Below, one piece after another: positions 48,586 to 59,753 of a DNA stretch of 64,000 nt. The stretch spans positions 387,144-451,143 of the forward strand of contig JAJPHI010000009.1 in assembly GCA_021325355.1 (NCBI GenBank), in the 5' to 3' direction. A program made the position numbers and the translations under genes. How positions within the stretch are numbered: the first letter of the stretch is position 1; each line of letters starts with the position of its first letter. This stretch comes from Pseudomonadota bacterium. GTDB taxonomy: Bacteria > Desulfobacterota > Binatia > Binatales > Binataceae. Under the pieces are notes generated by a model. The model was not told the DNA's origin. It saw nothing but the letters and a program-made list of their open reading frames with translations, and did not search any database.

Positions 48586-50141
48586 TGACGGGCGAGCATC
48601 CTCGACGGCGCCGGGCGCCGGGCCAGCGGCACAGGAGCCTGCGCTTCAGCCTGCATCGCCACGGCCGCATCGACGCGGTTGATCACCCCGGCGACCGACG
48701 GCTCGATCCGCCGCAGCAGCGGGCGCGGATAGAGACCCATGAACAGGATGAGCGCGATCAGCGGGACCATCACGGCGATTTCGCGCGCCGTCAGATCGGC
48801 GAGCGTGGCATTGACGGCATGCGTGATCGGTCCCCACATCACGCGTTCATAGGCCCACATCATGTACAGCGCGCCGAGGATTACCCCGATCACCGCGAAG
48901 TACACCGCCAGCCGGAATTTCAGAAAAGTGCCGAGCAGGACCAGGAACTCGCCGACGAAGCCATTCAGCCCCGGCAATCCGATCGAGGACAACATAATGA
49001 ACATGAAGATCGCCGCATAAACCGGAATACTCTTCCAGAGCCCGCCGAAATCCGCGATCTCGCGGGTATGCCGGCGCAGGTAGAGCATCCCGACCAGCAA
49101 AAACAGCGCGCCGGTCGAAAGTCCGTGGTTGAGCATCTGATAGACCGCACCATCGACGCCGGTCGGATCGAGGGCGAAGATGCCGAGCATCACGAAACCC
49201 AGATGGCTCACCGAAGAGTACGCGATAAGTCGCTTCAGGTCCGGCTGCACCATCGCCACCAGCGCGCCATAGATGATGCCGACCACGGCCAGCGCGAGAA
49301 ACCACGGCGCCGCCTCAACCGCGACGACCGGAAAGAGCGGAATGGCGAAGCGCAGAAACCCGTAGGTGCCCATCTTGAGCATGATGCCGGCGAGGATCAC
49401 CGAACCGGCGGTCGGCGCTTCGGTATGTGCGTCGGGCAGCCAGGTATGCACCGGCCACACCGGCACCTTGATCGCAAAGGCGATAGCGAAGCCGGCAAAC
49501 AACCATCGCGCCTCGGTCGCCGACAGCGGCACCCGGTACAGCGCCGGCAGATCGAAGGTCAGATTGTCGAGGCGCGCATGCGCCGCGGCCGCCAGATAGA
49601 GCATCGCCACCAGCATCAGCAGCGATCCGAACATCGTGAAGAGGACGAATTTGAACGTCGCGTAGAGCTTGCGGCCGTGACCCCAGATGCCGATCAGGAA
49701 GTACATCGGCACCAGCATCACTTCCCAAAAGACGTAAAAGAGGATCAGGTCGAGCGCGAGCAGCGCGCCCAACAGACCGGTCTCGAGCACCAGCACGAGG
49801 AAACAGAACTCGCGGGCGCGCATCGCGATATCGCCGCCGCCCGAATACAGCAGCGACAGCGTTATCAGCACGGTGGTCAGAATCACCAGGAACAGGCTGA
49901 TCCCGTCGATACCCAGATGGTAGGAGATGCCGAACTGCGGAATCCAGGCGTAGTGTTCGACGAACTGGTAGTCCGCCCGGCCCGGTTCGAACGCCACCAG
50001 GAGATAGAGGCTCAGGGCCAGCGGCACGAGCGAAAAGATGAACGCCGAACGCCAGACGACTTCATCGTCGTCGGGCAGCAGCATCAGCGCGCCCGCCCCC
50101 AGCAAGGGCACGAAAACCAGGATGGTCAGCGCGAAGCTCAT
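48582..50141 (-). CDS. nuoM: NADH-quinone oxidoreductase subunit M
   Basis: FYVFWE, KVPVWPVHTWLPDAHTEAPTAGS, AYSSVSH. Confidence 0.96.
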   Translation of the reverse strand: MSFALTILVFVPLLGAGALMLLPDDDEVVWRSAFIFSLVPLALSLYLLVAFEPGRADYQFVEHYAWIPQFGISYHLGIDGISLFLVILTTVLITLSLLYSGGGDIAMRAREFCFLVLVLETGLLGALLALDLILFYVFWEVMLVPMYFLIGIWGHGRKLYATFKFVLFTMFGSLLMLVAMLYLAAAAHARLDNLTFDLPALYRVPLSATEARWLFAGFAIAFAIKVPVWPVHTWLPDAHTEAPTAGSVILAGIMLKMGTYGFLRFAIPLFPVVAVEAAPWFLALAVVGIIYGALVAMVQPDLKRLIAYSSVSHLGFVMLGIFALDPTGVDGAVYQMLNHGLSTGALFLLVGMLYLRRHTREIADFGGLWKSIPVYAAIFMFIMLSSIGLPGLNGFVGEFLVLLGTFLKFRLAVYFAVIGVILGALYMMWAYERVMWGPITHAVNATLADLTAREIAVMVPLIALILFMGLYPRPLLRRIEPSVAGVINRVDAAVAMQAEAQAPVPLARRPAPSRMLARQ

Positions 50142-52060
50142 CGGATCACGACTCGATAAAGGTAGTACGCGCCGATCCCCAGCGCGCCGCAGAGATAGAG
50201 CAGCGCATAATGCTGCACGTTGCCTGACTCGGTGCGGCGCAATTCCTCGCCGCCTTCGAGCAGGGTCAGGCCGGTGCCGTTGACCAGCCCGTCGATCACC
50301 GCGCCGTCAACGCCGCGATGAAGCACGTAGGCGGCGACCCAGAAGAGCGGCCGCGCGATCACCGCGTTGTAGAGCTCATCGACGTAGTATTTGTGCCGCA
50401 ACAGCGAATCGAGCAGCCGTGCCTTGTAGGCTACCAGCACCGGCAGCCCCGGCATCTGCGCGTAGCACACCACTGCCGCCGCCACGCCGACGATCGGTAT
50501 CGCGATCATCACCAGAGCGAGACCGCTTCCCGGCGTCGCCAGCTCCGCGCCCGGAGGGATGACCACCGGGGCGAGGAAGCGATTGAAAGCCTCGCCCCAG
50601 AGGAAGCCCCTCGGCAGCCCCACCCAGCCCCCGCCGACCGAGAGCAGCGCCAGCACGATAAGCGGCACGGTCATAACCGCCGGCGCATCGTGCAGATGGG
50701 CCGCCTTCGACGGCTCGACGCGGGATTCCCCATAGAAGGTCAGGATGATCAGGCGGAAGATATAAAACGCCGTCAATCCGGCGGTGATTACGCCGATTAG
50801 CCACAGCGTCGGATGACCCGACGCAAAGGTCGCCTCGAGAATCTGGTCCTTCGAGAAATACCCGGCAAACGGCGGGATACCGCTGATCGCCAGCGCCGCC
50901 GTCAGCATCGTCAGCCACGTGATCGGCATCGATCCGCGCAGCCCGCCCATCCGGCCCATCTCCTGCTCGCCGTCGAGCTCGTGAATGATCGCGCCGGCGC
51001 ACAGAAACAGCAGCGCCTTGAAGAAGGCGTGCGTCATCAGATGGAAGATGCCGGCGCTGAAGGCGCCCACGCCCGCCCCGAGCATCATGTAGCCGATCTG
51101 ACTGATCGTCGAATAGGCCAGCACGCGCTTGATATCGGTCTGCACCATCGCGATCGTGGCGGCAAAGAACGCCGTCACCGCGCCTACCACCGCCACCACC
51201 GTCAGCGCCGCCGGCGCGAGGGTGAAGAGAAAGCCGAGGCGCGTCACCATGTAGACGCCCGCCGTGACCATCGTCGCGGCATGGATAAGCGCGCTGACCG
51301 GAGTCGGCCCGACCATCGCGTCGGGCAGCCATACGTAGAGCGGGATTTGCGCCGATTTCCCTGTTGCGCCAAGAAAGAGCAGCAGCGCCGCCGCTGTCGC
51401 GTACGGTTGCAGGAGCGCCGCCTGATGGCTCATGCCGGCGAACGTGACCGTCCATACCCCGCCGCGAGCGAGCGCATAGACGATCGTGAAGATGCCGAGC
51501 AGGAAACCCGCATCGCCGACGCGATTGACGATAAACGCCTTGCGGCCGTTGTAGGCGTATTCAGGGTTGGTGTACCAGAAGGCAATCAGCAGGTAGGAAC
51601 AAAGCCCGACGCCCTCCCAGCCGACGAACATCACCACGAGGTTGTCCGCCAGAACCAGGATCAGCATCGACGCGGTAAACAGGTTCATGTAGGTGAAGAA
51701 CCGCGCGTAGTCCTCGTCGTGCCCCATGTAGCCGACGGAGTAGACGTGGATCAGCGCGCCGACGCCGGTCACGACCAGGCACATAATCGCCGTCAGCGCA
51801 TCGAAGCGCAGCGCCATCTCGACGTGAAAAGGTCCGGCGGCGATCCAGCGCCAGGCGGCAAACCTGAGCGCCCCGCCGGCCGGCAGACTCACGAGCCGCG
51901 CCAGCGACCATACCGACACCGCGAAGGCGAGTCCCACCACGCCGGGGGCGACGACGTTCACCGCGCGCCGCCCACCGCGGCGCCCGCCGAACAGGGCAAA
52001 GAGGACGCCGCCGAGCGGTAGCAGCGGGATTAACCCGAGCGGCCAGAACTGCTGTGTCAT
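50138..52060 (-). CDS. nuoL: NADH-quinone oxidoreductase subunit L
   Basis: GWEGVG, GKSAQIPLYVWLPDAM, THAFFKA. Confidence 0.96.
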   Translation of the reverse strand: MTQQFWPLGLIPLLPLGGVLFALFGGRRGGRRAVNVVAPGVVGLAFAVSVWSLARLVSLPAGGALRFAAWRWIAAGPFHVEMALRFDALTAIMCLVVTGVGALIHVYSVGYMGHDEDYARFFTYMNLFTASMLILVLADNLVVMFVGWEGVGLCSYLLIAFWYTNPEYAYNGRKAFIVNRVGDAGFLLGIFTIVYALARGGVWTVTFAGMSHQAALLQPYATAAALLLFLGATGKSAQIPLYVWLPDAMVGPTPVSALIHAATMVTAGVYMVTRLGFLFTLAPAALTVVAVVGAVTAFFAATIAMVQTDIKRVLAYSTISQIGYMMLGAGVGAFSAGIFHLMTHAFFKALLFLCAGAIIHELDGEQEMGRMGGLRGSMPITWLTMLTAALAISGIPPFAGYFSKDQILEATFASGHPTLWLIGVITAGLTAFYIFRLIILTFYGESRVEPSKAAHLHDAPAVMTVPLIVLALLSVGGGWVGLPRGFLWGEAFNRFLAPVVIPPGAELATPGSGLALVMIAIPIVGVAAAVVCYAQMPGLPVLVAYKARLLDSLLRHKYYVDELYNAVIARPLFWVAAYVLHRGVDGAVIDGLVNGTGLTLLEGGEELRRTESGNVQHYALLYLCGALGIGAYYLYRVVIR

Positions 52061-52101
52061 TCGGATGACCTCTAGCGTGCCTCGTCAATCAGCGTGCCGC
52101 G

Positions 52102-52404
52102 TTACCAGCGCAACAGCTTCAGCTCATCCGCATTGAGCGTCATCCGATTGCGGAACACGGCAATGATGATGCCGAGACCGACGGCGGCCTCGGCCGCCGC
52201 AACGGTGATCGCAAAGAAGACGATCACCTGCCCCTCGGCATTGCCGAGCTGGCGACCAAACGCGACGAAAGCAAGATTGACGGCATTCAGCATCAGTTCG
52301 ATGGACATGAACATGACAATCACGTTGCGGCGCAGCAGCACGCCGGCGACGCCGATCACGAACAACACGGCGCTCAGCACGACGAAGTAGTTAAGCGGCG
52401 TCAT
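52102..52404 (-). CDS. nuoK: NADH-quinone oxidoreductase subunit K
   Basis: [29 protein letters not shown]. Confidence 0.95.
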   Translation of the reverse strand: MTPLNYFVVLSAVLFVIGVAGVLLRRNVIVMFMSIELMLNAVNLAFVAFGRQLGNAEGQVIVFFAITVAAAEAAVGLGIIIAVFRNRMTLNADELKLLRW

Positions 52405-52955
52405 CCCGCGGCGCTCCGCAGACGGTCGGCGACGTCCGACGGCGGCGCCGCGACGGCATTGGTGCCGGGAATTCGGCGCGCCAGACCAATCGCTCCAACC
52501 ATCGCCGCCAGCAGCAATGCCGACGTCACTTCGAACGCCACGAGGTAGTTGGCAAAGAGCAGTCGCGCGAGACTGCGCAGCGATCCGTAATCGACCGGCA
52601 GCGGCGCCGCGGGCGCCGGCCCGGCATGAACCAGCAGCGCGCACAGCTCGGCACCCAGCGCCGCCGCGGCCAGCGTGCCGATAACCTTCAGGCCGATACG
52701 CTCGGTCGCGAGCCCCTCGCGCTGCAGGTTGAGCAGCCAGATGACGAACAGGAACAGCACCATGATCGCGCCGACATAGATGATTATCTGCAGAAAGCCC
52801 AGCGCCTCGGCGCCGAGCCCGATGAACAGCGCCCCGATATCCAGCAGCGCCAGCGCCAGCGCCAGCAGACAATGCACCGGATGGCGCTGCAGGATGACCC
52901 CCAGCGCACTCACCACCGCGATAATGGCGAAAAACGCGAACAGCCAGAGCGGCAT
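52401..52955 (-). CDS. nuoJ: NADH-quinone oxidoreductase subunit J
   Basis: [23 protein letters not shown]. Confidence 0.95.
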   Translation of the reverse strand: MPLWLFAFFAIIAVVSALGVILQRHPVHCLLALALALLDIGALFIGLGAEALGFLQIIIYVGAIMVLFLFVIWLLNLQREGLATERIGLKVIGTLAAAALGAELCALLVHAGPAPAAPLPVDYGSLRSLARLLFANYLVAFEVTSALLLAAMVGAIGLARRIPGTNAVAAPPSDVADRLRSAAG

Positions 52956-52958
52956 CCC

Positions 52959-54077
52959 TCAGCGCCCTCCGACGGCGACGACCACGAAGGCGGTGACGAC
53001 GAGATTGAGCAGACCCAGCGGCAGCAGCCCCTTCCAGCCGAGACCCATGAGCTGGTCGTAACGCAGGCGCGGCAGGGTCCAGCGCACGAGAATCTGCAGG
53101 AGACAGAAGAACAGGGTTTTCACCCAAAACGCGATGATCTGCAGAATCGCCACCGCATAGTTCGGCAGCGCGAGGAACGCCCCGTGCGGACCGGGAAAGT
53201 GAAACCCGTCGGCATACAGCCATGGCACCTGCCATCCGCCGAAGAAGAACAGCGTGATCAGCACCGACACCAGCACCACCTCGGCGAAATCGGTCATCAT
53301 GAAGACCGCCTGCTTGCCGCCCGAGTACTCGGTGAAATACCCGGCGACCAGCTCCGACTCGCCCTCCGGCAGATCGAACGGCACCCGTTTGGACTCGGCA
53401 ATCCCCGCGACCAGCAGCAGGATGAACGATACCGGCTGCAGCACGATACCCCAGCGCGGCAGCCATCCGAACCATACCCCGCCCTGCATCCGGCAGATAG
53501 TCTGTAGGTCGACCGTGCCGTAGGTCACGACGACGGCGAGGATCGCGAGCCCCATGGCCATTTCATACGAAATCATCTGGGCGCTGGCGCGGATACCGCC
53601 GAGCAGCGCCCAGCGATTATTCGAGGCCCATCCGCCCAGCGCCACGCCGTAAACCCCCACCCCCAGCACCGCCAGCACGTAAAGCGCGGCCGCCGGCAGA
53701 TTCGCCGCCTGCAGCGTGATCGTGCGGGAACCGATACGCAGAACGTCGCCGATCGGCACCACGGCGAAGGTCACCAGCACCGGAAACAGCGCGAGAAAGG
53801 GCGCCAACGAGTGCAACACTCGATCAGCGCCCGCCGGCACGAAGTCCTCCTTGGTGAACAGCTTGATCGGGTCGGCGATAAGCGTGTTGATAAGGCCGAG
53901 ATTCGGCAGCCCCATCCGCCGACCCACTCCGAAGATCGCCGCGCGGTTGGCGCCGATCCGATCCTGGATCAACGCCGCCCCCTTGCGCTCGAACCACAGC
54001 ATCGAACCCGTCACGTTCAGGACGAGCAGCAGCACCACGAGCGCCTTGACCGCGCCGATTACGAGCTCAATCGCCAC
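52959..54077 (-). CDS. nuoH: NADH-quinone oxidoreductase subunit H
   Basis: ERK...[40 protein letters not shown]. Confidence 0.95.
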   Translation of the reverse strand: MAIELVIGAVKALVVLLLVLNVTGSMLWFERKGAALIQDRIGANRAAIFGVGRRMGLPNLGLINTLIADPIKLFTKEDFVPAGADRVLHSLAPFLALFPVLVTFAVVPIGDVLRIGSRTITLQAANLPAAALYVLAVLGVGVYGVALGGWASNNRWALLGGIRASAQMISYEMAMGLAILAVVVTYGTVDLQTICRMQGGVWFGWLPRWGIVLQPVSFILLLVAGIAESKRVPFDLPEGESELVAGYFTEYSGGKQAVFMMTDFAEVVLVSVLITLFFFGGWQVPWLYADGFHFPGPHGAFLALPNYAVAILQIIAFWVKTLFFCLLQILVRWTLPRLRYDQLMGLGWKGLLPLGLLNLVVTAFVVVAVGGR

Positions 54078-54292
54078 AGGCGCCTCGACGGGACGGCCTC
54101 CGGCTCAGGTGACGGCGGGTTACCAAGGGCAGTCCTCCATGGTGGTCAAATCGGATGAGCTGAAACCCTGATACTGGTAACTGAAATTATTCGTGCATGC
54201 CAGTCCCGCCGTCCGGAAAATCCGCGCGGGCTGCTATGCTCTATCGTGGACCGCAGCGGCGGTGGCGACCGCGGCGACAGGCGGCGATAGTT

Positions 54293-54898
54293 ATGCGACT
54301 GATTGCCGGACATGAGCATGGCAGGCGCTTGCGCGCACCACGTGGGACGACCACCCGTCCGGCGACGGCCCGCGTCCGTGCCTCGATTTTCTCCCGTCTC
54401 GCCGCCCGTCGCGAGCTCGCCGCGACCGCCGTGCTCGACCTTTTCGCCGGCAGCGGATCGCTCGGCCTCGAAGCGCTTTCGCGCGGCGCCGCCTCGGCCG
54501 TCTTCGTCGATTCCTCGCGCGCGGCGGCTGCCGCCATCAGCGACAATCTTGAGCGCCTCGGCCTCGCCCCGCGCGGTCGCGTCCTGACGGCGGACTGGCA
54601 GGCGGCGCTGCTCCGCCTGGCCCGCGAGCGTGCCACCTTCGACCTGGTTTTCCTTGATCCGCCGTTCGCCGCCGATTATGCCCTCGCAGCGCTTGCCAAA
54701 CTGGCGGCTCTGGAACTATTAAAGCCGGACGGAATCGTGACCGCACACACATACTATCGAACGCCGGTCCTGAGTGTCCCGGGCTTTGAAGTGCTGAGCA
54801 GCGCGCGGCTGGGCGATCATCGCGTCGCCCTTTACCGACTCGCCCCCGCGGCGGTCGCTTTGGATGGTAAACAATCGCATGCCGAACAGAACCGCTGA
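54293..54898 (+). CDS. rsmD: 16S rRNA m2G966 methyltransferase
   Basis: MRLIAG, LDLFAGSGSLGLEALSRGA, DPPF; upstream of coaD. Confidence 0.92.
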   Translation: MRLIAGHEHGRRLRAPRGTTTRPATARVRASIFSRLAARRELAATAVLDLFAGSGSLGLEALSRGAASAVFVDSSRAAAAAISDNLERLGLAPRGRVLTADWQAALLRLARERATFDLVFLDPPFAADYALAALAKLAALELLKPDGIVTAHTYYRTPVLSVPGFEVLSSARLGDHRVALYRLAPAAVALDGKQSHAEQNR

Positions 54899-55394
54899 AC
54901 AGGCGCATCTTGTCGCTATTTACCCTGGCAGCTTCGACCCGATCCACTTCGGGCACATCGACGTTATCCGGCGGAGTATCGCCATCTTTGACGAAGTAAT
55001 CGTCGCTGTCGCCTACAATCCGCATAAGGATTCGGCGCTGTTTACCCCCGACGAGCGCGTCGAGATGATCCGCGAAAGTATCCGCGACCTCGAACCGCGC
55101 GCGCGCGTCGATAAGTTCAGCGGCCTCAGCGTCGACTACGCCGAGCGGATCGGCGCCCGCGTCATCATCCGCAGCCTCCGCGCCGTCACCGACTTCGACT
55201 ACGAGCTGCAGATGACCCACATGAACAAGCAGATGAAGGAGACCGTCGAGACGGTTTTCCTGTTTGCCAATCCGAAGCTGTTCTTTACCGCCTCGCGGCT
55301 CATCAAGGAGGTCGCCGGCTACGGCAAACGCCTGCCCGACCTGGTGCCCGAACCGGTAATGAATCGGCTGCGGATCAAGCTCAAGGTCGATTGA
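54879..55394 (+). CDS. coaD: Phosphopantetheine adenylyltransferase
   Basis: YPGSFDPIHFGHIDVI, LRAVTDFDYE. Confidence 0.95.
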   Translation: MPNRTAEQAHLVAIYPGSFDPIHFGHIDVIRRSIAIFDEVIVAVAYNPHKDSALFTPDERVEMIRESIRDLEPRARVDKFSGLSVDYAERIGARVIIRSLRAVTDFDYELQMTHMNKQMKETVETVFLFANPKLFFTASRLIKEVAGYGKRLPDLVPEPVMNRLRIKLKVD

Positions 55395-55480
55395 GCCGCC
55401 GCCGCGCCGTCGCAGTTTCGCCGTCACCGACGAGTCGATAAGATAGGCGCGCGCTCGCCGCTGAGAGCGGGCGAAGCCCC

Positions 55481-56680
55481 ATGATCAAGCTCAATCGCCG
55501 CATCGCTGCAATCAAACCTTCCGCCACGATGGCCGCCGAGGCGCGCGCCACCGAAATGAAGGCGGCCGGAATCGACGTCATCTCGCTGGCCGCCGGTGAA
55601 CCGGATTTCGATACTCCCGAGCATATCAAGGATGCGGCGCGGCGCGCCCTCGCCGAAGGCTTCACCCATTACACGCCGGTCAGCGGCACCATGGCGCTCA
55701 AACAGGCCATCTGCGCGAAGCTTGCCCGCGACAGCGGTCTCGCGTACGAGCCCGCGGAAATTCTCGCCTCGGCCGGCGCCAAGCAGGCCGAAGCCAACGT
55801 CATCGCGGCATTGTTCGACGAGGGCGACCAGGTCATCATCCCCACCCCGGCCTGGGTCAGCTTCGTCGCGATGGTCAACCTGAGCGGGGCCGAAGCGCTC
55901 CTGCTGCCGTGTCCCGAGAGCGATGCCTTTCAGCTCGATCCCGCGCGCCTGCGCGAGGTCCTCACGCCGCGCACCCGCGGCATCCTGCTCAACTCGCCGT
56001 CGAACCCGACCGGCGCGGTGTACTCCGCCGAACAACTGGCCGCGCTCGCCCGCGTGCTGCTCGAGCACGACCTCTGGATCATGTCCGACGACGTTTACGA
56101 GCACATGTCCTACGACGGCCCGGTGGCGCATCTGTTCGCGATCGAGCCGCGCCTCAAGCCCCGGGGCATCATTTTCAATTCGCTCTCGAAGACCTACGCG
56201 ATGACCGGCTGGCGCATCGGCTTTGCCGCCGGTCCGCGCGAAGTAATCACCGCGGCGTCGCGCCTGCAGAGCCAGAACAGCGGCAATCCCAATTCGCTCA
56301 CCCAGGTCGCCGCCATCGAGGCCCTGACCGGATCGCAGGCCGAAGTCGCCACGATGGTCGCCGAGTTCCGCGCCCGTCGTGAATTGACCGTCCGCCGCAT
56401 CCGTGCGCTGCCCGGCTTCCGCCTGCCTCACGTGCCTCAGGGCGCCTTCTATTGCTTCCCGAATATCTCGGCGCTGATCGGCGCGCGGCTCGACGGCCGC
56501 ACCGTCACCGACGGCAACGCGCTCGCCGATCTGATTCTCAACGAGGCGCAGGTCGCCCTGGTCGGCGGCAATGACTTCGGCGCGCCCGACCACGTGCGGA
56601 TCAGCTATGCGACCTCGATCGCCAACCTGAACCGCGCCTTCGATCGTATCGAAGGTCTGCTGAAGCGCCTCAGCGCCTGA
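55481..56680 (+). CDS. PLP-dependent aminotransferase class I (aspartate aminotransferase-like)
   Basis: GEPDF, SPSNPTG, SLSKTYAMTGWRIG, RISYA. Confidence 0.93.
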   Translation: MIKLNRRIAAIKPSATMAAEARATEMKAAGIDVISLAAGEPDFDTPEHIKDAARRALAEGFTHYTPVSGTMALKQAICAKLARDSGLAYEPAEILASAGAKQAEANVIAALFDEGDQVIIPTPAWVSFVAMVNLSGAEALLLPCPESDAFQLDPARLREVLTPRTRGILLNSPSNPTGAVYSAEQLAALARVLLEHDLWIMSDDVYEHMSYDGPVAHLFAIEPRLKPRGIIFNSLSKTYAMTGWRIGFAAGPREVITAASRLQSQNSGNPNSLTQVAAIEALTGSQAEVATMVAEFRARRELTVRRIRALPGFRLPHVPQGAFYCFPNISALIGARLDGRTVTDGNALADLILNEAQVALVGGNDFGAPDHVRISYATSIANLNRAFDRIEGLLKRLSA

Positions 56681-57107
56681 CCGGCAGCCGCGGGCGCGGC
56701 GGTCGCCCGCTCGCCCGATACTGCAGATAGTCGGCCAGAATCTCGGCATGGTCGAAGGCGAGCGGGGCCGGCGCCGCCGTCGGCTCGAAGAGTTCGGCTT
56801 CGCGCGCGTCGTCGGCGCCGACCGGCACGCCTTCCGCCCGCCCGACATAGACCACGCTGATAGTCTGACCGCGCGGGTCCCGATCGGGCCGCGAATAGAC
56901 GCCGAGCAGCGCCGAAAGTTCGACCTCCAAAGAGACCTCCTCGCGCATCTCGCGTAGCGCCGCCTCCTCGACCGTCTCGCCATAGTCAACGAAACCGCCC
57001 GGCAGCGCCCACCCTTCCGGGAAGTTCCGGCGGCGGATGAACACGATGCGCTCGCCCACTTCGATAATCACGTCGGTCGCGACCGGCGGCGTCTCAGGCT
57101 TGCTCAT
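56670..57107 (-). CDS. NUDIX hydrolase
   Basis: GGFVDYGETVEEAALREMREEV; RDPR; LAFDH. Confidence 0.92.
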   Translation of the reverse strand: MSKPETPPVATDVIIEVGERIVFIRRRNFPEGWALPGGFVDYGETVEEAALREMREEVSLEVELSALLGVYSRPDRDPRGQTISVVYVGRAEGVPVGADDAREAELFEPTAAPAPLAFDHAEILADYLQYRASGRPPRPRLPVRR

Positions 57108-57158
57108 GCCGCGATCGTAGCAACCCGCCCTGCCCGACGCAGCCGCTCATCCGGTCGC

Positions 57159-59339
57159 TCAGTCGGCCGCCGCACGCAGACGTTCGGTCAGCCGGCTGAA
57201 GCGGCGGCGCTCGTCTTCATTGCGCACCGCCTGCATCAGGGCGTTCCGCGTGCCAACCAGGATACAGACCCGTTCGGCCCGCGTGATCGCCGTGTAGAGC
57301 AGGTTGCGCCGCAGCATCAGGTAATGCGTCTGATGGAGCGGCATGACCACCGCCGGATACTGACTGCCCTGGCTCTTGTGGATCGAGATGGCGTAGCCCA
57401 GTCCAAGCTCGTCGAGCTCGGATAAATCGTATTCCGCGTGCGCGTCCTCGAATCTCACGCCGAGCCTGCCGCGCGTGGCATCGACCGCGATCACCCGCCC
57501 GATGGCGCCGTTGAAAATCTGCTTGTCGTAGTCATTGCGCAGTTGGATAACCCGATCCCCTTCGCGAAAGATCCGGTCGCCGGCGCGCAGCTCCGGCCCC
57601 GTCGGATTGAGCAGGGCCTGCAATTCCGCATTCAGCGTATGGACCCCCAGCGGACCCCGATTCATCGGCGTCAGCACCTGGATCTCGCTGCTGTCGCTGA
57701 GACCGAACCGGCCGACCAGCCGATGCCGCACGAGTTCCTTGATCGTCCCCAGCACATCCTGCGGCGCGCTGCGCTCGAAAAAGAAAAAATCATCGTCGGC
57801 GCGATTCGCCGTCTGCGGCGGCTCGCCGCGGTTCAATCGATGCGCATTGGCGACGATAAGACTGTGGCGCGCCTGCCGGAAAACTTCGCGCAGATGCGCC
57901 ACCGGGACCATCTCCGAGGCGATAACGTCGTTGAGCACGCTGCCCGGTCCGACCGACGGCAGTTGATCGCGATCGCCCACCAGCAGCAGGGAGGAGTTGG
58001 GCGTGAGCGCCTCCAGCAGCGCCGCCGCCAGCTCGACATCCATCATCGAGGCTTCATCGACAATCAGGTAATTGGTGCGCAGGGGAAACGCGCGATTGCG
58101 CACGAAGCTCTGCGTCTCCGGCGCATACTCGAGCAGCCGATGGATGGTGCGCGCCTCGCGCCCCGTCGCCTCCGCGATCCGCCGCGCCGCCCGCCCGGTC
58201 GGCGCACAGAGCATCGGCTTCAGCCCGGCGGCGTCGAGCGCCGCCAGAATCGAGCGCAGCAGCGCCGTTTTACCGGTCCCGGGCCCGCCCGTGATCACAC
58301 TTACACGACTCCTCAAGGCGAAGCCGAGCGCGCGCTGCTGATCGGCATTCGGCGCAAAGTCGGCGTTCGCTTCGAGCGCAGCCGCGAGCGCCGCATTTGC
58401 CGCCTTCTCGCCAAGCGGCCGCCCCGCGCAGAGCATCCGGAGGCAGGCGGCCACCGCGGTTTCCGCGACGTGCAAGCGCTTCAGATAAACCGCCGCATCC
58501 GCCGCCGTCCCCTCGACCACCACTTCGCCGCTCACCGCCAGTTCGCCGACCGCCGTGCGGACCAGTTCCGGCTCGAGCTCGAGTTCCTGCTGAAACTGGC
58601 CCTCGAGATAGCCGAGCGGCGCATATACGTGCCCCTCCTCCGCCATCCGTTCAAGCAGATAGAGCGCCGCCCCGCGCGCCCGCTGCAACGAATTGCGTGG
58701 CACGCCGAGTTTTTCCGCAACCTGGTCGGCCGTGCGAAAGCCGATCCCCGCGATCGTTCGCGCCAGAACGTACGGATCGCTCCGCACCGTCTCGAGCGCC
58801 GCCGCCCCGTACATCTTGTAGATCCGCCGCGCATGAACCGAGCTGATCCCGTGTCCGCGCAGAAAAACCGTGAGCTCGCGCTCCCCCGAAGCGTCGCGCC
58901 ACGCCGCCGCGATCCGCTGCGCCGCCACCCGCGGCAGCCCGCGCACCTCATGCAGGCGCTCTGGACTGCGCTCCAGCACGACCGCCAGCTCTTCGCCGAA
59001 ATGGCTCGCGATCCGCCGCGCCAGCGCCGGACCCACCCCCCTGATCTCCGCCGCCAGATATCGTTCCAGCGCCAACACTCCCGCCGGTCGCACGACTTCG
59101 ACCCCCTCGACCCGAAACTGCTCACCGTAGCGCGGATGCTTTTCGTAGCGGCCTTCCAGTCTGAGCGCCGCGCCGATCTCGATCCCACCCAGATCACCAA
59201 CCACCGTCACCCGCCGTCCGCCGCTACCCCCTTGCGCGTCGGTTTCGACCAGCGCCACCGTGTAGTCCGTCGAGGCGTTGGCATAGAGCACCTGATACAG
59301 CGTGCCCTCGATAACCTCCGGCGCCGTCGGATTGCTCAT
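57159..59339 (-). CDS. recD2: ATP-dependent RecD2-like helicase
   Basis: N-terminal HhH region, GGPGTGKT, DEASM, QLPSVG, HKSQGSQY, LLYTAITRA. Confidence 0.93.
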   Translation of the reverse strand: MSNPTAPEVIEGTLYQVLYANASTDYTVALVETDAQGGSGGRRVTVVGDLGGIEIGAALRLEGRYEKHPRYGEQFRVEGVEVVRPAGVLALERYLAAEIRGVGPALARRIASHFGEELAVVLERSPERLHEVRGLPRVAAQRIAAAWRDASGERELTVFLRGHGISSVHARRIYKMYGAAALETVRSDPYVLARTIAGIGFRTADQVAEKLGVPRNSLQRARGAALYLLERMAEEGHVYAPLGYLEGQFQQELELEPELVRTAVGELAVSGEVVVEGTAADAAVYLKRLHVAETAVAACLRMLCAGRPLGEKAANAALAAALEANADFAPNADQQRALGFALRSRVSVITGGPGTGKTALLRSILAALDAAGLKPMLCAPTGRAARRIAEATGREARTIHRLLEYAPETQSFVRNRAFPLRTNYLIVDEASMMDVELAAALLEALTPNSSLLLVGDRDQLPSVGPGSVLNDVIASEMVPVAHLREVFRQARHSLIVANAHRLNRGEPPQTANRADDDFFFFERSAPQDVLGTIKELVRHRLVGRFGLSDSSEIQVLTPMNRGPLGVHTLNAELQALLNPTGPELRAGDRIFREGDRVIQLRNDYDKQIFNGAIGRVIAVDATRGRLGVRFEDAHAEYDLSELDELGLGYAISIHKSQGSQYPAVVMPLHQTHYLMLRRNLLYTAITRAERVCILVGTRNALMQAVRNEDERRRFSRLTERLRAAAD

Positions 59340-59534
59340 CGCGCCCGCTGCCCGCTCGTCCTCACTCGATTGGCCTCGGCAATGACCTTCGGAATGTGCA
59401 AAGACCTCGCGTCATGTTTTCGCATCTTGCGCAGAAACTCCCGTCGTACCGTGCAAAACCCTCACAAATGCTTAAGTTATTTTTGGGCACAGTCCATGCT
59501 TCTCGGTGCTCAACCATTCAGGGAGGTGTCAGCC

Positions 59535-59714
59535 ATGTTCGAGCCTTCAATCTCAATCATCGTCATCGGGCTGCTGGTCACGGCGTTTCTAATGACGGTC
59601 AACTGGGCTCTCTGGAGCTCATCCGATAAACGTATCGCGCAGGGCAATCGCGGCGTCGGTCTCGCGACCGGTACGCCGACTCATCCTGACGGCGGTTTCC
59701 GTCATGCAGCCTGA
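59535..59714 (+). CDS. Small single-TM hypothetical protein
   Basis: GGGAGG SD, 59 aa with one hydrophobic helix, followed by a hairpin. Confidence 0.65.
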   Translation: MFEPSISIIVIGLLVTAFLMTVNWALWSSSDKRIAQGNRGVGLATGTPTHPDGGFRHAA

Positions 59715-59720
59715 CCCCGC

Positions 59721-59753
59721 GATGGCGGCCGGAGCCGAGCTCCGTCCGCCATC
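59721..59753 (+). terminator. GC-rich hairpin after the small ORF
   Basis: GATGGCGG-C-CGGAGC-CGA-GCTCCG-T-CCGCCATC. Confidence 0.55.

Noticed and set aside
52102..53475. 457 aa ORF suggesting an extended NuoK fusion
   Set aside because: The upstream part overlaps nuoJ and nuoH in another frame; real nuoK starts at 52404.
57438..59534. 758 aa + strand ORF
   Set aside because: Antisense shadow of recD2; only its last 59 codons (from 59535) look like a real gene.
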